A DNA stretch of 64,000 nt, from NCBI GenBank assembly GCA_030141605.1, contig JAQGDQ010000116.1, forward strand, positions 310,001 to 374,000, written 5' to 3'. Positions 24,901-38,700 of the stretch are shown here, piece by piece. Both the position numbers and the translations under genes were made by a program. Origin of the DNA: Tubiluchus corallicola. Lineage: Eukaryota > Animalia > Priapulida. The notes beneath the pieces are model-generated. The model searched no databases, was not told the DNA's origin, and worked only from the letters and a program-made list of their open reading frames with translations. Position 1 is the first letter of the stretch; every line of letters starts with the position of its first letter.

Positions 24901-26300
24901 TGTGTATGACGTCCTTGAGTCGAAAACATTTGAAGGCACTCTCTGTTGATAGGCATCTACAGCGGTTTGTGGAACAGCTTTCTGCAGTTTCATCACACTG
25001 CTTGGTGCTACAGTAGCATAACTTGTTGTTGGCAACTTATTAGATGCGTTCGTTGATGATGTGCTGCTTAGCTGATGGCCAGTGGCTTGTGTTGGAAGTA
25101 TGGGATGATAAGTGGACTGCGTAATGCCAAACATTTGAGGGTAGCTAGATGATTTGACAGGTGACAATTTCTGTTGTCTCGTAGCTCTACGTTGAAAACT
25201 TGGTCCCTGCCTCACAACTGGTGTGTGGTAATCTAATAATAAATACATAAATGTATTTATATGTAAGCCACATTGTACATTCTAGTAAGCTAACAGAAAA
25301 TGGTAAAAGTTGTATAAAATACCAGTTAATGAATTTACTAAAACATAAAGGTAACAGAAATAGAAACTTTAATTAGAAAAAATATGCACTTCTATTTTGT
25401 CAAAAATGAAAAATATATTACATTCTAAACTCTTATTGTACTGCAGGTATCATTCTCTCTAAGCCTTTTGTACAAGCCAGGTAGTTAACCTGCGAAACTC
25501 TACTGATAATTTTTTTAGCATTCAGTGCTATTAGAAATGCTAGGTGGTCACTAGAAGAACTGAAAATGACTTCATTGCTGCGACTTTATATTCTCTTTTC
25601 TGGAAAAACGGTCATTAGTTGCATTTTTTTCTCAGATAATTGTAAAACATTAGGACTGAGGCAAGAAACAGGTTAAATTAGTTACGCATATAAATAATTT
25701 TGTTTTTAGTTTATGCTAAATGTTAGATGTGCACTGTTGGTGCTGGGAATGAACTGCCAGGATTTCTCGACGAACCATCTAGTCGAAGTCAAGGACTACC
25801 AGCTAGCATAGAAACAACATAATACCAGAAAGCTCTCCAGCCAATGTTCCATGCACATTTTTGTGTGCACCATTCCAAACTCCCAGTTCATGGTCAAGGC
25901 TGAGCCAAGCGTGACTTACTTGAAGCCAAATTGCAACGAACTTCATAATGGATCAGGTAAATTAATTTATCCAAGTTCTGTTTTAGACGAATGCAAATGT
26001 TTGAAAAGTATGATATAAATCAGTACTTGCATAAACTTGCTAATCACTTCTAATTGTACAAGCAAAAATCTAGACACCCGAAATTTACAAACAATAATTG
26101 CAAACAAAATCAAACACGAAATTGGCCTGTAAAAGCAACTATAATAGCTGGAAACTAACTATGCATAAATACTGCTACATCTCACTGAAGTTTGCCATTT
26201 TACACTTACTGGGTAAATCAGGAGGAGTGTCCTTCTTCATGTATTTCCCCAACACTCCATCATTTAAACTCTTCCCCGTATCCTTTTTTCTTGACAACAT
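18982..26300 (-). CDS. SAV1: Protein Salvador homolog (Hippo pathway scaffold; two WW domains plus SARAH)
   Basis: Exons 26300-26210, 25232-24726, 24121-24014, 23448-23262, 22983-22844, 21933-21872, 19182-18982, phases consistent. N-terminus [19 protein letters not shown]; WW1 [32 protein letters not shown]; WW2 [30 protein letters not shown]; [25 protein letters not shown] helix [42 protein letters not shown]. An acceptor at 26303-26304 implies an upstream non-coding exon (candidate donor 29743-29748). Confidence 0.96.
19895..21787 (-). mobile_element. Old degenerate Tigger/pogo transposon (TIGD4/6-like DDE_1 transposase relic) in the last SAV1 intron
   Basis: Broken minus-strand translation: [81 protein letters not shown]-flanked diverged ends TAGTAGGCACAGCTTAAT / AATAAGTAGCACACACTG. 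Confidence 0.8.
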
Positions 26301-28253
26301 CACTGAAAAAAGAGAAGTTAATAGGGTGTTAGCTACAAAACACAGTTCTAAAAATTAACATTTTATTTGATTTTTGTGCAGAAATAAATTCACATATTAT
26401 AAATATGCAAGAATGACTTCACTTTCCAAGCTAACCGGGTGAACAAATATTTGGGTCACTCTATACAGCTATTGATTTCACCGTGATGCTAGTCTTGTTC
26501 AAGGAATATAAAAGTTTGTCAATTACTCATTTGAGGTAAACTATGCATACTTTTTTCTCAAAAAATTGGATTCTAAAACAATTGAAAATGCATATCTGTC
26601 CTATTATCATCATTTCACAAGCAGTAAACAAAGACTATGTAGAATGTCAGTAATGTTAATGTTAAACGACTCTGATGAAGCCTCGTATCCAGCATTCTGA
26701 TGAAATGTCTTGATCAATGAAGACAGTATTCAACATAGTGGACTTGGTACTATGGATGTTTGCTCATTCAAGCACGGTGACTATGTTAGTGACACACCAG
26801 TTGTATTTGATCTTCCAGAGGGAGCGATGTCACTCCAATAAAATGTCCAAGGTTTGCAGTCATAGAGGAAGCTTGAGATGAGGACAACTTGATTATGAGT
26901 TGAATTGTTGGCTACAGACTTTTGCTCTTAAATATTCGTTTTGTAAATTTCTCAAATACTATGTAAGTTAGTGCTACTTCAATAAAAATGCATTTGTAGA
27001 AAGCAGACGTCCTAGGTATGAAAAATGAATGGTCCACCGGGCCAGGCACGTTGTCAAGATGGTGATGTTGCATCCATTGCCAATAAAACAATTAACTTGA
27101 ACTGCTTGCTTAATTTAGTGCATTGGCTAAGTTGTTTTGCGCATTCCATACATTTCCTGGGCAACATAAAAATATCTAGTAAAGGTTAAGTTAATGCGAA
27201 TCATGTCATTTTACACTCAAGCAAAGTTACTTTATGCATTCTGTTTATACTAGGTGAAACTTAGCATCAATTGCAGCAAAGATTTTCATCAAACTCTTGA
27301 CACAAATAAGGTTCATGATAAATTTAACAAAAATATATCAAGCTGAACAGCAACCATTAATTATACTATGACAGCTTTTGAGTAATACATAGCAGCATCC
27401 TGCACATTGCAAATTCAATTAAATACCATATCAGAAAAATATATTTGGAACATCCAAGGGCTACATATCTACTAGTTTAATAGCTTAATTTGTCAAATAC
27501 AATGTGTATGTATGTATACGAATATATTTGTTGTAAATGCCATTAATGTATTTGCCACACTAGTAAATGAAACTGCACTGCAAAGAATTTTATTTCAGAG
27601 CACAACCGGCCTGTCACTGTACATTAATGGTAATACTGTAACAAATAAACAACTTTGATTCTGAACTGATCCACAGCAGCCAATAGGAACAATGTGCCCT
27701 GCCTGGAGCACATATTAAATTAATTACAATGCAATTTTCTCAGAAACGATAGACCATAAATGGTCATTTCTAGTTAGGTAAAACTTGAGTTTCACTATGG
27801 TTTGGAAATAAGCTACATGTCATTTGGAAATAAACTACATAGGTCTATAAGGGAGAAACTAGCTAGCAATTTTAAGTTGGAATAAACTAAGCTTCACACT
27901 TAAGTTCATTTGAAAGACATAATGAAGGTGTGCTGATTAGTTGTGAAAAAAGCGTAAGCATTAATATTGAGTACCCTGACAAACTATTTAGGTCGACCAA
28001 ATTTAGGGATTATATTCTGTTCGTCCTAGTGTGGCACGAATCCCACTAATTATTCTGTCTGCAAAATTAATATTTACAAAGATTCTCTACAGGTTCTACA
28101 GGAAAATCTTTAAGAAAAATACTCAACAAACATTCTGTGTGTGTTACAAGTTTCATTAGTCATAGCAACAAAAAAAAAATTCGTCTCAGGATAATCCAGA
28201 TAAACTGTATTACACTAATAATGATGCACACTTATCTCTACAAAGCGGCGCTG

Positions 28254-28508
28254 TGAGTCAAATTCCGCGGGAAACGGTCCCGAGTGACATGGCTTATCCT
28301 TAGTAATTTACAGGCTTTAGTTTCATGCTTGAGTAAAATTAAAACAGTTTAGCAAGAAATTGTTAATGACTACTGAAGTCCCAAACAGCTATGGGTGAGT
28401 TAAATGCAGTCTGCACCTATAGTGACTCATCAGAACTCTGCGGCTATGATTAATAAGTTTTAAAGCTGGTCATCTAGCTGAGCATAAATCGTGTTGCAAA
28501 GGAATGTT
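28254..28508. promoter_or_regulatory. Candidate AP-1/TEAD/E2F motif cluster 5' of the SAV1 coding region
   Basis: TGAGTCA 28254-28260 abutting AATTCC; GCGGGAAA 28267-28274; TGACTCA 28423-28429; AGGAATGT 28500-28507; locally CpG-rich. Motif matches only. Confidence 0.3.
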
Positions 28509-28699
28509 ACGAGCAGTTATACTTAGTGCAATATCTCACATGCACTTCAGCCCAGCATTGTAACCATGAAAGTTTAAGCAGATAAAAATTGCTCAATAGT
28601 AAAGCAAATAATGGCAATATGATACGTCGGGAAATATCGAAATTTTGCTAAATGTTGGGGAAATCCGATATCTAATAACGGGTATCGGTAACCACTACT

Positions 28700-29490
28700 T
28701 TACAGCATGGATGAAATTTTAGGCTGGTGCAGCAAATGGTTGATGTCTTTTAAACCCAGTAAATTTGCTTTGCTAACAGTACGCCTTAAACCTATAACTC
28801 CAACTTATCTCAAAGATATTCAGATCTAGCTAAAAAAGTCATATTAGAGACATAAGAATTACAATGAGAGTTACCAATGACTTCAAATTGAATTCTCATG
28901 TCAAACATATAGTTCCAAAAGCTAACCATCACATTGGTATGATCAAGCATAGCATTATGTTAAAAAAATGCTGCAGTAATTATTTCTCTCTATAGAGCAG
29001 TCACTCAACCAATTCTGGAATATGCATCAGTTGTATATTTACCATAATCTGTTACTTTTAAGAAGGCACTTGAAAGAACTCAGGATAGACTTGGTCTAGC
29101 TGTTAAACTTAGATCCCACTTTGATTTCTGCTCTTCAGCAGAGGCATGAAACCCTTGAATATGTGAAATGCTTCAAAATTAGCAGCAGAAGCACTACTCT
29201 GAACGAGGCAAACTTTTTTCTAATCTTATAGAGTACTACACAGTCATGAATAAAAGTCGTTTTTGGAACCAATATCGGATGGAACTGTCCTTTGTTTCTT
29301 CATAAATGCCAAAATTTTGCTATAAATGCTAAATTAGTGGACAGTTTTAAAAGACATCTAAGAGATGACCACTCATAGATTACTATTAGACTTTTATTTT
29401 TTTGGATAAGGTACTTGATGAGACAGTCATACTGCAAAGTTTCGCAAACATTATTTTACTACTACTACTAAGTACTACTAGTACTATTAC
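28700..29490 (+). mobile_element. CR1-group LINE 3' remnant
   Basis: Broken translation DEILGWCSKWLMSFKPSK...KANHHIGMIKHS...ISLYRAVTQPILEYASVV...KKALERTQ, homologous to 49250-49600; (CTA)n-like tail near 29457-29490. Confidence 0.7.
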
Positions 29491-31247
29491 TAGTAATAAG
29501 TTACAGAGAAAGAAACACGATTCAGTGGTTCAGTCTTGATCCTCCGGTATGTTCACTGAGACCTAGGTTTAGAAAAGAGTTTCCCAGTAACTGCAATGGA
29601 TTTCTATCAAGGCGTGATTGCTACATTAACTATAAAAATTTAGAATTCTGCCTGCTACAGAAATGAGCCGAATCCAAAATCAAAGGTTTATGAATTTGTA
29701 TGCCGTTTCGCTTTAAGTAGCATAAAGTAAAACGTAATCGTAACTCACTTTAGTTACTACTATCGACAGTACTCTAAAGATAAAAACAAAACATAGAAAA
29801 AACACCAAAATACTGCTAAAATTCGGATTTCGGAACCATGTTGCATTTTTGTAGCAACTTGCTCAACTCTCGTTGATGGCGCCACATGCCAAACAGCAAA
29901 CAAGCACCTTTAGTTCTTTACGTCTAGGAGATCATAGCTATGGAATATAAAATGTTTAGGATTTGTTCCAATAAGAATTTTATCTCCTCTTATACATCGA
30001 GAACTCAGTCTTCGAAGAATATGCATGCTTTGTTTTCAATTTCTAACCCTTCCTGATTTCCGAGGCTTGTTATTTCATTAGACTTACAATCTTACTCATG
30101 TGTGGAATCATGACAAAATTGAATTATAATTTAATGGCATGGTTTTAAGTATGATACATGGTCATATCATAAATTAACTAAGTGCAACGTTGTGAAGGAT
30201 TTTAGGTTATTTTATTACTTAGGTGTTCTCTCATTCTGTAACCCCCCTATATTGTCCTTTTTAACTGCATTCGTATGTATGTCTTGACTTGGCTTCTTTT
30301 TGTCATGCCCTACTGAGGGAGCTAGTTTACCTGGTCTGTTGGCAGTCTGTTCTTGGCTAAGAAGTCGTTGTCGTTTGTCTCAGTTAAACCATTTAATTGT
30401 TAAGAGTAGTAGAGCCATGGTGCAAGTTTATTTTTATTTTTCAGTCTCACTTTATTACTAATTTTTTGTTTCTTTTTTGGCTCAAATTAGTTTGTTATGT
30501 TTTGTTATGATTTTTCTTACAGATAAAACGTAACAAAGCTACACAAACATGAATTTTTGACTTTGAGCATCATGAAGTAGTAGTCTCTCACAAACGTACT
30601 GCTCATGGTACAACATTTCATGCCAAAAAATTTCAGTGCATTATAAAAGAATGACGACTCATTGGTAACTGTTAATATAAAAAGAGAGTTTATTTCTTTG
30701 GGTAAAGTAGTAATTGTATGATGAGATAGTAATGCTACAGAATTACGCAAATATTATTTTAGTAAAAATTTAAATAGAAAGAAACCTGACATAATGTCGC
30801 AGCAGTTTACAAATATATGTGTGTGAGAGTGTGTCCATATATATGTTGATACTTTTAAATTGTGTTTCAGAAGGGACCACTACTGAGATCAACTCTAGAT
30901 CCCATGAGTCCCATCTGACTTTGAAAGCTAAGAGTCTTCTCTGAAAAGAAGAAATTACGTACTTCATTTGATGCTCTACGATTCAGCGTCTCAGAATTTT
31001 TTTGCAGTCAGATTGATTTTTATTACCCTTAATTTAAACGACAAAAACAAACTGCCTGTAGCAATTTTTTTGCGAACATAGAGTAAGGTTCTTGTACGAA
31101 TGTACTTACTTTTGCTTGTTTTTCATGCATTGAAACTAGTTGTTTTATACCACTATATGTGAGCCAATTTTATCAATCTTACAGTTACGCAGATATGAAA
31201 GAGGAGTATAATAATCTAAATTCAGCAATTATGATTGGCTGTTAAAC

Positions 31248-31331
31248 TATGTATGTATGTATGTATGTATGTATGTATGTATGTATGTATGTATGTATGC
31301 ATGTATGTATGTATCTATCTATATATATATA
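31248..31331. repeat. (TATG)n/(TA)n microsatellite
   Basis: Long run of tatg units grading into tatc/ta. Confidence 0.95.
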
Positions 31332-31708
31332 GTGCATGATCTTTCTACCAGGCTCCTGTATATCCGCTTCATAAAAGAGTAAATCAGAAAACTGTATCAT
31401 GTCATGCTGCCTTTCTTACACGTCTAGTTATGTTGACCTTTAAAGTTTCTTTAATTTTCTTACACTGGTTCGATCCAGGCATAAACTCTTACTAATGTAA
31501 TCGTGTTTATGGAACATCAATCTTATTATTATTATTACTGTTATTATTATTATTATTATACTGGGAAATTTAAAGTCATTTAAAAAGTTTTAAGTCTTAG
31601 ATTTTTAGGCGCCTTTAGCAGTCTGGCAGATTACAACTTTACGGCGTCTACTCTATGGTTCACGTACTTACTATTTATTTATTTTCAACGCTAGATGTCA
31701 GGAAACTG

Positions 31709-31722
31709 GTTGTTATAGCAAC
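31709..31722. promoter_or_regulatory. RFX X-box (ciliary gene promoter element)
   Basis: GTTGTTATAGCAAC fits the consensus GTHNYY-AT-RRNAAC; about 1.07 kb upstream of the RSPH4/6 ATG, whose exon has its own acceptor (32747-32748), so the TSS is plausibly near this motif. Confidence 0.7.
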
Positions 31723-32795
31723 AGCAATGTTGTATTGAAAAGCAAGTGATCTAGCTATTTACCATTATTATTATTATTATAAGAATAATATTAATTTAAA
31801 TTTTATGGTTAAATAGGTAGTTTTTCAGATTTCGCCGATTAATCAATTATGTTAGTTGAGGGTAATACTGTATCATTTTTTTAATAACTGTCAGAACGTA
31901 CTTTTTTATCCGCAAAATGCAAATTTTGTGATGAGTTGATTACACTACCTAAAGTGACTTTACCAACATTTATGAGAATAGCTGCTTTTTGTGTACATGT
32001 CTTATTACGATATAAAATGTGCTGTAGCACAAAAACGCGTGTTCAGCCTTCTTTTAGTTTATGGTGTTATTAATTTTATTAATAATTCAGCTTTATTAAT
32101 GAACTGAAGTATAAAAAAAATATTTTAACTTTAAGCAAGTTGTATGAGATGTTCATCGCCCTATCAGCGTCGTTTAGTAAAGGTTTGCTTACATGACTTA
32201 GTGCCCATTTTTGGCGGTGATGTCTGCTAATGCTTCACCAGCACATGATAATACCAAGAGGAGATGTTCACAATAAGCCTGTTGCTTAAATGTATGTGTC
32301 CAGTTAATATGATGCTGCAGTGAGTTTTATGATTAACGAAAAAAATTAGCAATTTCCTTATTTGCATATCCTATTGTCACATACAAATTTACTCTTCAAC
32401 AACTTGCATCTGAATTTGTCACTCCCATTTTAACAGAACGTTGAAATTGCAGCATCAAAACATTTTGTATATTGTGTTATAACAGTATATCTCTTATACC
32501 CTTTTACTGCAACTTGAAATATATAGAATATGTTTTCTTTGACACAAGGTTATAGCATCTTTAAAATAACAATAACATCATTTGCTAATGGTAATAATAT
32601 TTCTTTCAGAATTATTGCATTAGTTAATAACAGGGTAGTAATGATGAATGGTGGTAAATTGTCAATATTGTAATTATTATAGTTATCATGATGATACTGA
32701 TGATGCTGGTATTTGTTTTTCTCAATTTTTGTCTTTTCTTTTTCACAGACACACTGCTTGAAAGTAGCACATTTCTAACAAAGCAAAGTAGTAGA

Positions 32796-35700
32796 ATGGC
32801 ATGCGAAATATCAGAAGAAACTTTTGTAAATGCCAAGTCTTATCTCCTGAAGGCAAACTTGTAAGTTTTAATGATCTAGGAATATAATGTTGTGTTTAGC
32901 AGGTTTATGTTTCCATTGCTGGCTGTGTGTGAATATGTAAGACTTACTGTGTTATAGTGTACTAATTTTAAGATATAGTATGTAATATAAAATGGCATGT
33001 CACATGTATGACTATGGTGTTCTTACAGTTTTATACATATTTCTAGCTACCAGTCTCTATCGTCATTTATAAGCTGTTTGCTTATAGAGGTAAACACTAT
33101 ATCCCGCATACAATAGTGTGCTAAAAATTTGTTTGAAAAATTTCTAAACATAGTACTATAAATATATATTTCATTGTGATACCTACATTTATTTGGTAGC
33201 ATAGCTGTTAAGTACATTATTTTAAATATTATTGTGCACTGTGAAATTATGAATATTCTTGTTAGTTTTTTCTTAACAAATGTAATATTTTTAATTCATA
33301 AAAGAGTGATTACAATTTTATTAGCTAACTGAAAATGTTTTTCGTGAAAGATTGACAAATTTGTGCATTTTTTAATTCAGGTATGATCACTTATGTAAGG
33401 TGTTGACAAAAATATTAGACGAAAGGCCTGATAATGCCATTGACATCTTTGAAGACTTTAGCAAAGTCATAAAGAAGACGTCATTTGAACCAGATCTGGA
33501 TGTTCTTCAAGATAAGGACAGATGGAATGCGGAAGTGAATCTCGCTAGAACAGAAGAAAAGTTATTTCAAGTAATATTATTTTTTTAATTATTCATGGCG
33601 AAAATTACCCGCAGGTCTTTCCTTTGCCTAGTTCTTCAATGCTGTAAGTTATATGCAATGGCAAATTAGGTAAGAAAAGGTGATCTTAATTGTACAAAGT
33701 TAATTTTTACTTAATAAAAGCTTAACCTTAACAGTTGTATTATATAGGAGCTAAATTTTTGATCTTTTTTGTTCACAAATTAGTTAATTTAAACTCACTA
33801 AATACTATCACTGAATGCATAGAAATCAGAAGATGCAGCTGAAGATTTTGACGTTGAAGATGAGTTGGCTACACCTATCAGCAATGTCATGGAGACTGCA
33901 GTTTTCTTTGAGGAAGCTGGTACTGGTCTTGGCAAACAGGAGCTGTTTCGAATCTTATTAGCAATGAGAACTCTGCTTGATAATCACCCTGTACAACATG
34001 TTAGGTATGTAAAAACCAAGCCTTAGTTTCGGTGCACATTGTCATTGTTACCGCCTTGTACATCATATCAAAAGTTGGGCCTCATTGTTATACGTGGAAT
34101 TTTTTAACCTTAATCCGTGGAAGGTCTTCATGACACTTTTTGAAAAGAGTGTTAGGTTTATTTTCTAAGGTAGGAAGGAAACAATAAAAACAACATGAGT
34201 GGTCCATTCATGGGATTTGGAAATGAAGAGAATGTCTATTGGAGGAGTCTAATATCGCCAGCAAGAGGTAATTAATAATTCATATTTGGTGATTTTCAGA
34301 TGAGATTTAATGTAATTTTATAGTTTTTGCTTTATAACTTTTGTAGGTTTTGGGGCAAGATACTTGGTACTCTGAAGAACTATATCATAGCAGAAGGTGA
34401 TTTTAAAGAAGGAGAGGAGGCTGAAATCTTAGAAAAGGTTCTCAGTTTTTTTAGGTTTTATAATTATAATGTATTTTGTGATATAGCAGTTGATGAACAG
34501 AGTTTGTTCAGATTTTATTTCATATTTTATATTGAATTTGTGTGACAATTTTAAATTGTTTTTCTGAATTTCAGAGAGCTTGTTATTAGCTTTTGTTTCC
34601 TGTTCTTTATTGCTATCAGAGTCACAATGTGATCAAAATGCAATGTCTGCAAGACATCAGCATTTAACCATTACACAACATCAGAATCTGGCCAAAATCC
34701 AGTGTCTCTAAGACTTCAAAATCTGAGCATTGTACAACATTAAAAACTGACCAAAAGCGAGTTATTGTCAGCACGTAATTGCAAATTCTTCATCAATTAC
34801 TGCTTGCTGATTTACTTAATAGAGTGAATGCCTCGACGAGTTATTCTCGACACTTCTCGTAGCAGATAAGGAAGTAAGTGTCTGCTTATTGTCAGAAAGT
34901 AACTCACAGCAAATTTTGCCATCTATTCTGAACATGTTTATGAGTTACTTGGCTAATTTACTTGGAGAGAATATTTGTGCCATTAGGTTTAATAGAATAC
35001 CAATAGAATACCACACATTAGAACAGTACGTGACGACAATGGCTGTTCCAGTAAGGGACGTCGAAAACAACCGTGAAATACTAAATAAAAGCTTCGTCAA
35101 GTTACTCTCGACACTTGTCGCAGTATAAATAGAGAAGTAAGTGTCAGCTCGCGGTTGCTGTCTGAGAGTAACTCGCAGCAAGTTTTACTATCTAGCATAA
35201 ACATACTTGCGAGTTACTTGGCGAGTTGATTTTACTTGATAGTCTCATTGCGCCATTAGGTGTAAATAGTATAGCACATGTTAGAACAGTGGGTGATGAC
35301 AATTCACGGAACAGCTATACATTTCTAAAACACAAAGATAGTAGTTGTTCTAGTAAGGGAGGTGAAAAACAACTTTGAAATACACCCTCCTAATTTCGTT
35401 AACTGAACACCTCTCTGAATTAAACATTCATACTTTATAGACCTAACGAGTTATTGGGTATAATTCAGCTGAACAAGTAGATTGCTTTAACTTAATAGAA
35501 AAATACAACTTTATTCAAGTTTTGGCCCAACAAAAAAGGTCAACTAAAACTCTGACAAAAACTACGCAATGCCGGAAATCTTTTGCATTATATCGCTATA
35601 AAAATTTGCGTTAGTTTATGGTTTAGTAGTTGCCAAGAAAATAATGCAATATATATGCAAATAAATAAATAAGCAATATTAGATTGTCGATAAGATCAAT

Positions 35701-38700
35701 AATGTGTTTTTGGTGAGCTAGTGGTGTGCACTGAGATGGTGATGCAGTGATATGTTTTACTAGTTCGCGCAAACATTTTAAATTAGTAGGATTTTTTTAC
35801 AATTACATAAATCTTTCAAACAGGCAGACACAATGTTAAGTAATATAACTTTGTGTGGAAAGTATTTTGGAATATTCTTTGAAATTCCCTTTTCCTTTTT
35901 AACAGTTTAAAGTTTGAAAAGTATGCACTTCACTAACTTCTTTCTAGTTAGTGCAAATATCGTAAGTTGTTAAGAATTTTCTTTTTTAGTTCACATAGAA
36001 AGAGTAATGCTAAGTAATGCAATTTCGTATTGAATGTTATTTGGCCTTTTGATATGCTAAAATTTAAGAATTTGATTTTCTGCTTTTCCTAAGAAGTAAC
36101 TGATTTTCGTTTTGACTATATTTCATAATCGATAATCAGTGTAACATTTTTTCAGGAAGAAATACCGCCAGCACAAGCAGAATCGTTAGACAAAGTCAGT
36201 CAAGGTTGGTCTGTTTTTTATTAATGCAAAACATACAGTATTCCACTTGCCTATGTGGTGTTGCCTGATTGGTATTGAATTGCCATATTGAAATAACTAG
36301 TGGCAAGGTTTGAGACAGCTTAGAGCCGCTGCTATTGAAGTCCCTACAAGCAGCCATTATTGTTGTTGAAATGAGAGTAACAGAATTCTCAAGTTTAGAA
36401 ATATCTCTTTTCAATTTTTCACCTACTTCATAAGCATAAATAGAAAACCATGCAATATGCCAAGCGATTTTTAAAGGCAGGTGATAAGCAGCGATATACA
36501 CCAATATTGCATTCAAAGTCAACACGATAACCCTACACAAGTAATACTAATACTGGTTGACAACAGTTGTTTTGCTCTGATATCTCTGATTTAATATTTT
36601 TAGTCATTGATTCTTGTTTAATTATCCAGAAGGTGAAGAAGAGGAGGAAGATGCTTTGCCAAAGCCTGACTACAAGCCTCCACCCACCATACTGACAGAA
36701 GAAAATGGAACTGGGTGCAACAAAAAAGTGTACTTTGTATGCAATAAGCGTAAGTAATATTACTAAATATTTATATACCACTAAAAATTGGATGCATTGA
36801 TATTGATAGCACAAATACTATTCATGCATCTACAGTAATTGTTGTATTGTAAATCTAGTTTGGCACATTGAATTGCACTTGATTACTTCTACACCTGATT
36901 TTATGTGACCGAAAGATCAAGATAGATTCGAGTCTGAACTGATGTATACTTTTAAGAATCAGAGCTGTACCAAAACCTTCTACATCTGGAACACAAGAAG
37001 TTAAAAGTACCCTGCATTTTGTAACCACTATAGTCTTTAATTGTTTTTCAAATATTAAAGTTTCCAAAACGAGCACTTAAAAATGATTTGTTTAGCCTTA
37101 GTGGTTAATATTTCACTGTTTTTGTCAATAACTCTTATTCAAAGCTAACATTACACACACTTTAACATTATGGTTTACAAGACGAATACCAACATTTAAT
37201 GCGTACACCAAATTAGTACTCTTATAAACATTTTTGTGATGTGACTGTATTGATTTGCTGAAGTTTAGACAGTGAAGTCAATTCAACCTGCACAACAGTG
37301 GTATAGCAAGTGCTTGTGGTGTTAGAAAAACTTCTGGTGCCCGATTGTTTCGTGGGTTAAGCCACAAATTACTGGCTTTTTTGCATTCCTGAGCCCGACT
37401 TTCCTTTTTCTAGGTGACGGGTTAAAGATAAACGATTTTTTCTAAGAATCACCCTGAGTTTGATTTGTAGTACTGCACCAGAGTAACTCTTTTCTACGCA
37501 TTAGTTGTACATAACACGACAGTCCTTAAACATTCAGGTCCGGCATTAAAACACACCTAAACTTATGAAAGATACATCTCACTAGAGGCTTTCACTATAA
37601 TACAATTGGCATTTAGAGAAACACCACTGTTTCTGCCAAAATTATCAATCTGCTAAGGCACACGACACCCTAGACAAGCCATTAAGTAACATTAGTCTTT
37701 TTTCAGGGGTAGTAATTAAGTCAGCTACGATAATCTATGACTAGGCAATTTTGTTGTAGTTTGAAAACTTTTGTTAGTTGTTTTGTTAATATCGGATCTG
37801 TAATTAATAAGTAACAGTCATTGAACTCTAGAAGAATTTTGCGCCCACTCATTCTTGCACCCAGGGCCGATTGCCCCCTGTCGCCCCCACCCTGCTATGC
37901 CTCTGCTGCACAATGCACATAGTATATACACATATATGTATGTTTTAGCGGGCGAGGACTGGGTACGATTGCCTGTAGTTACACCTTCTCAAATATCAGT
38001 TGCTAGACAAATCAAAAAGCTCTTTACTGGCAACCTGGATACTCCGGTAAGCGACTACATTTTTTTCACTTTTGTTGTATGTAATGGTTTTAGCTTCATT
38101 TTTTTGTAGCTTACTTGTTTACTCCAATTCAAATTTGTAATTTCATTTTTGTTTTTTTCATGTTTTAATTAAAACATTTGTTAGTTGTGGTGAGTGAATA
38201 ATTGCACTAGTAGAGTTCAGAATTAGTATGTCTAGTGCATTCTTTTGTATTTTGCTATTAACATGTTTGTTTTTCATGTGGTGGTTAAAAAGGTTAAAAT
38301 ATGTTAGGATGTGATACATCTCCTGAGGTGAAGTAATGCAATGGAAAATAAAGTGGTTAGTGGCATTTCATGTGTTTGAAAAAGAGAACATGTTTATTGA
38401 GAAAGTTACTGAGATGCAACATCGCTGCAGTACTCACACTCATTTTATTGACAGCCTTGAGGATTATCTACTAAACATGTAATATCAGGCCCTGACTGAT
38501 GCTCGTGTTGTTGACAACAATCAGTTCAGTGTGTAAATGTTGTCACAAACCATTAAGGTAGTCTGTTTTTTAGGTTCACTCCTATCCTCCTTTTCCGGGA
38601 GTTGAGGCCAATTACCTTCGAGCTCAAATAGCTCGGATTACAGCTAGCACATTGATTTCTCCACTGGGGTATTATATATTTGATGAAGAAGAAGATGAAG

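Noticed and set aside
26669-26710. Hammerhead-like CTGATGA...GAAA motifs (also ~18179)
   Set aside because: Stems I-III and an NUH cleavage site could not be assembled.
25871-27150. Isolated TEAD (CATTCC) motifs near SAV1
   Set aside because: The number is about what chance predicts for a 6-mer over several kb.
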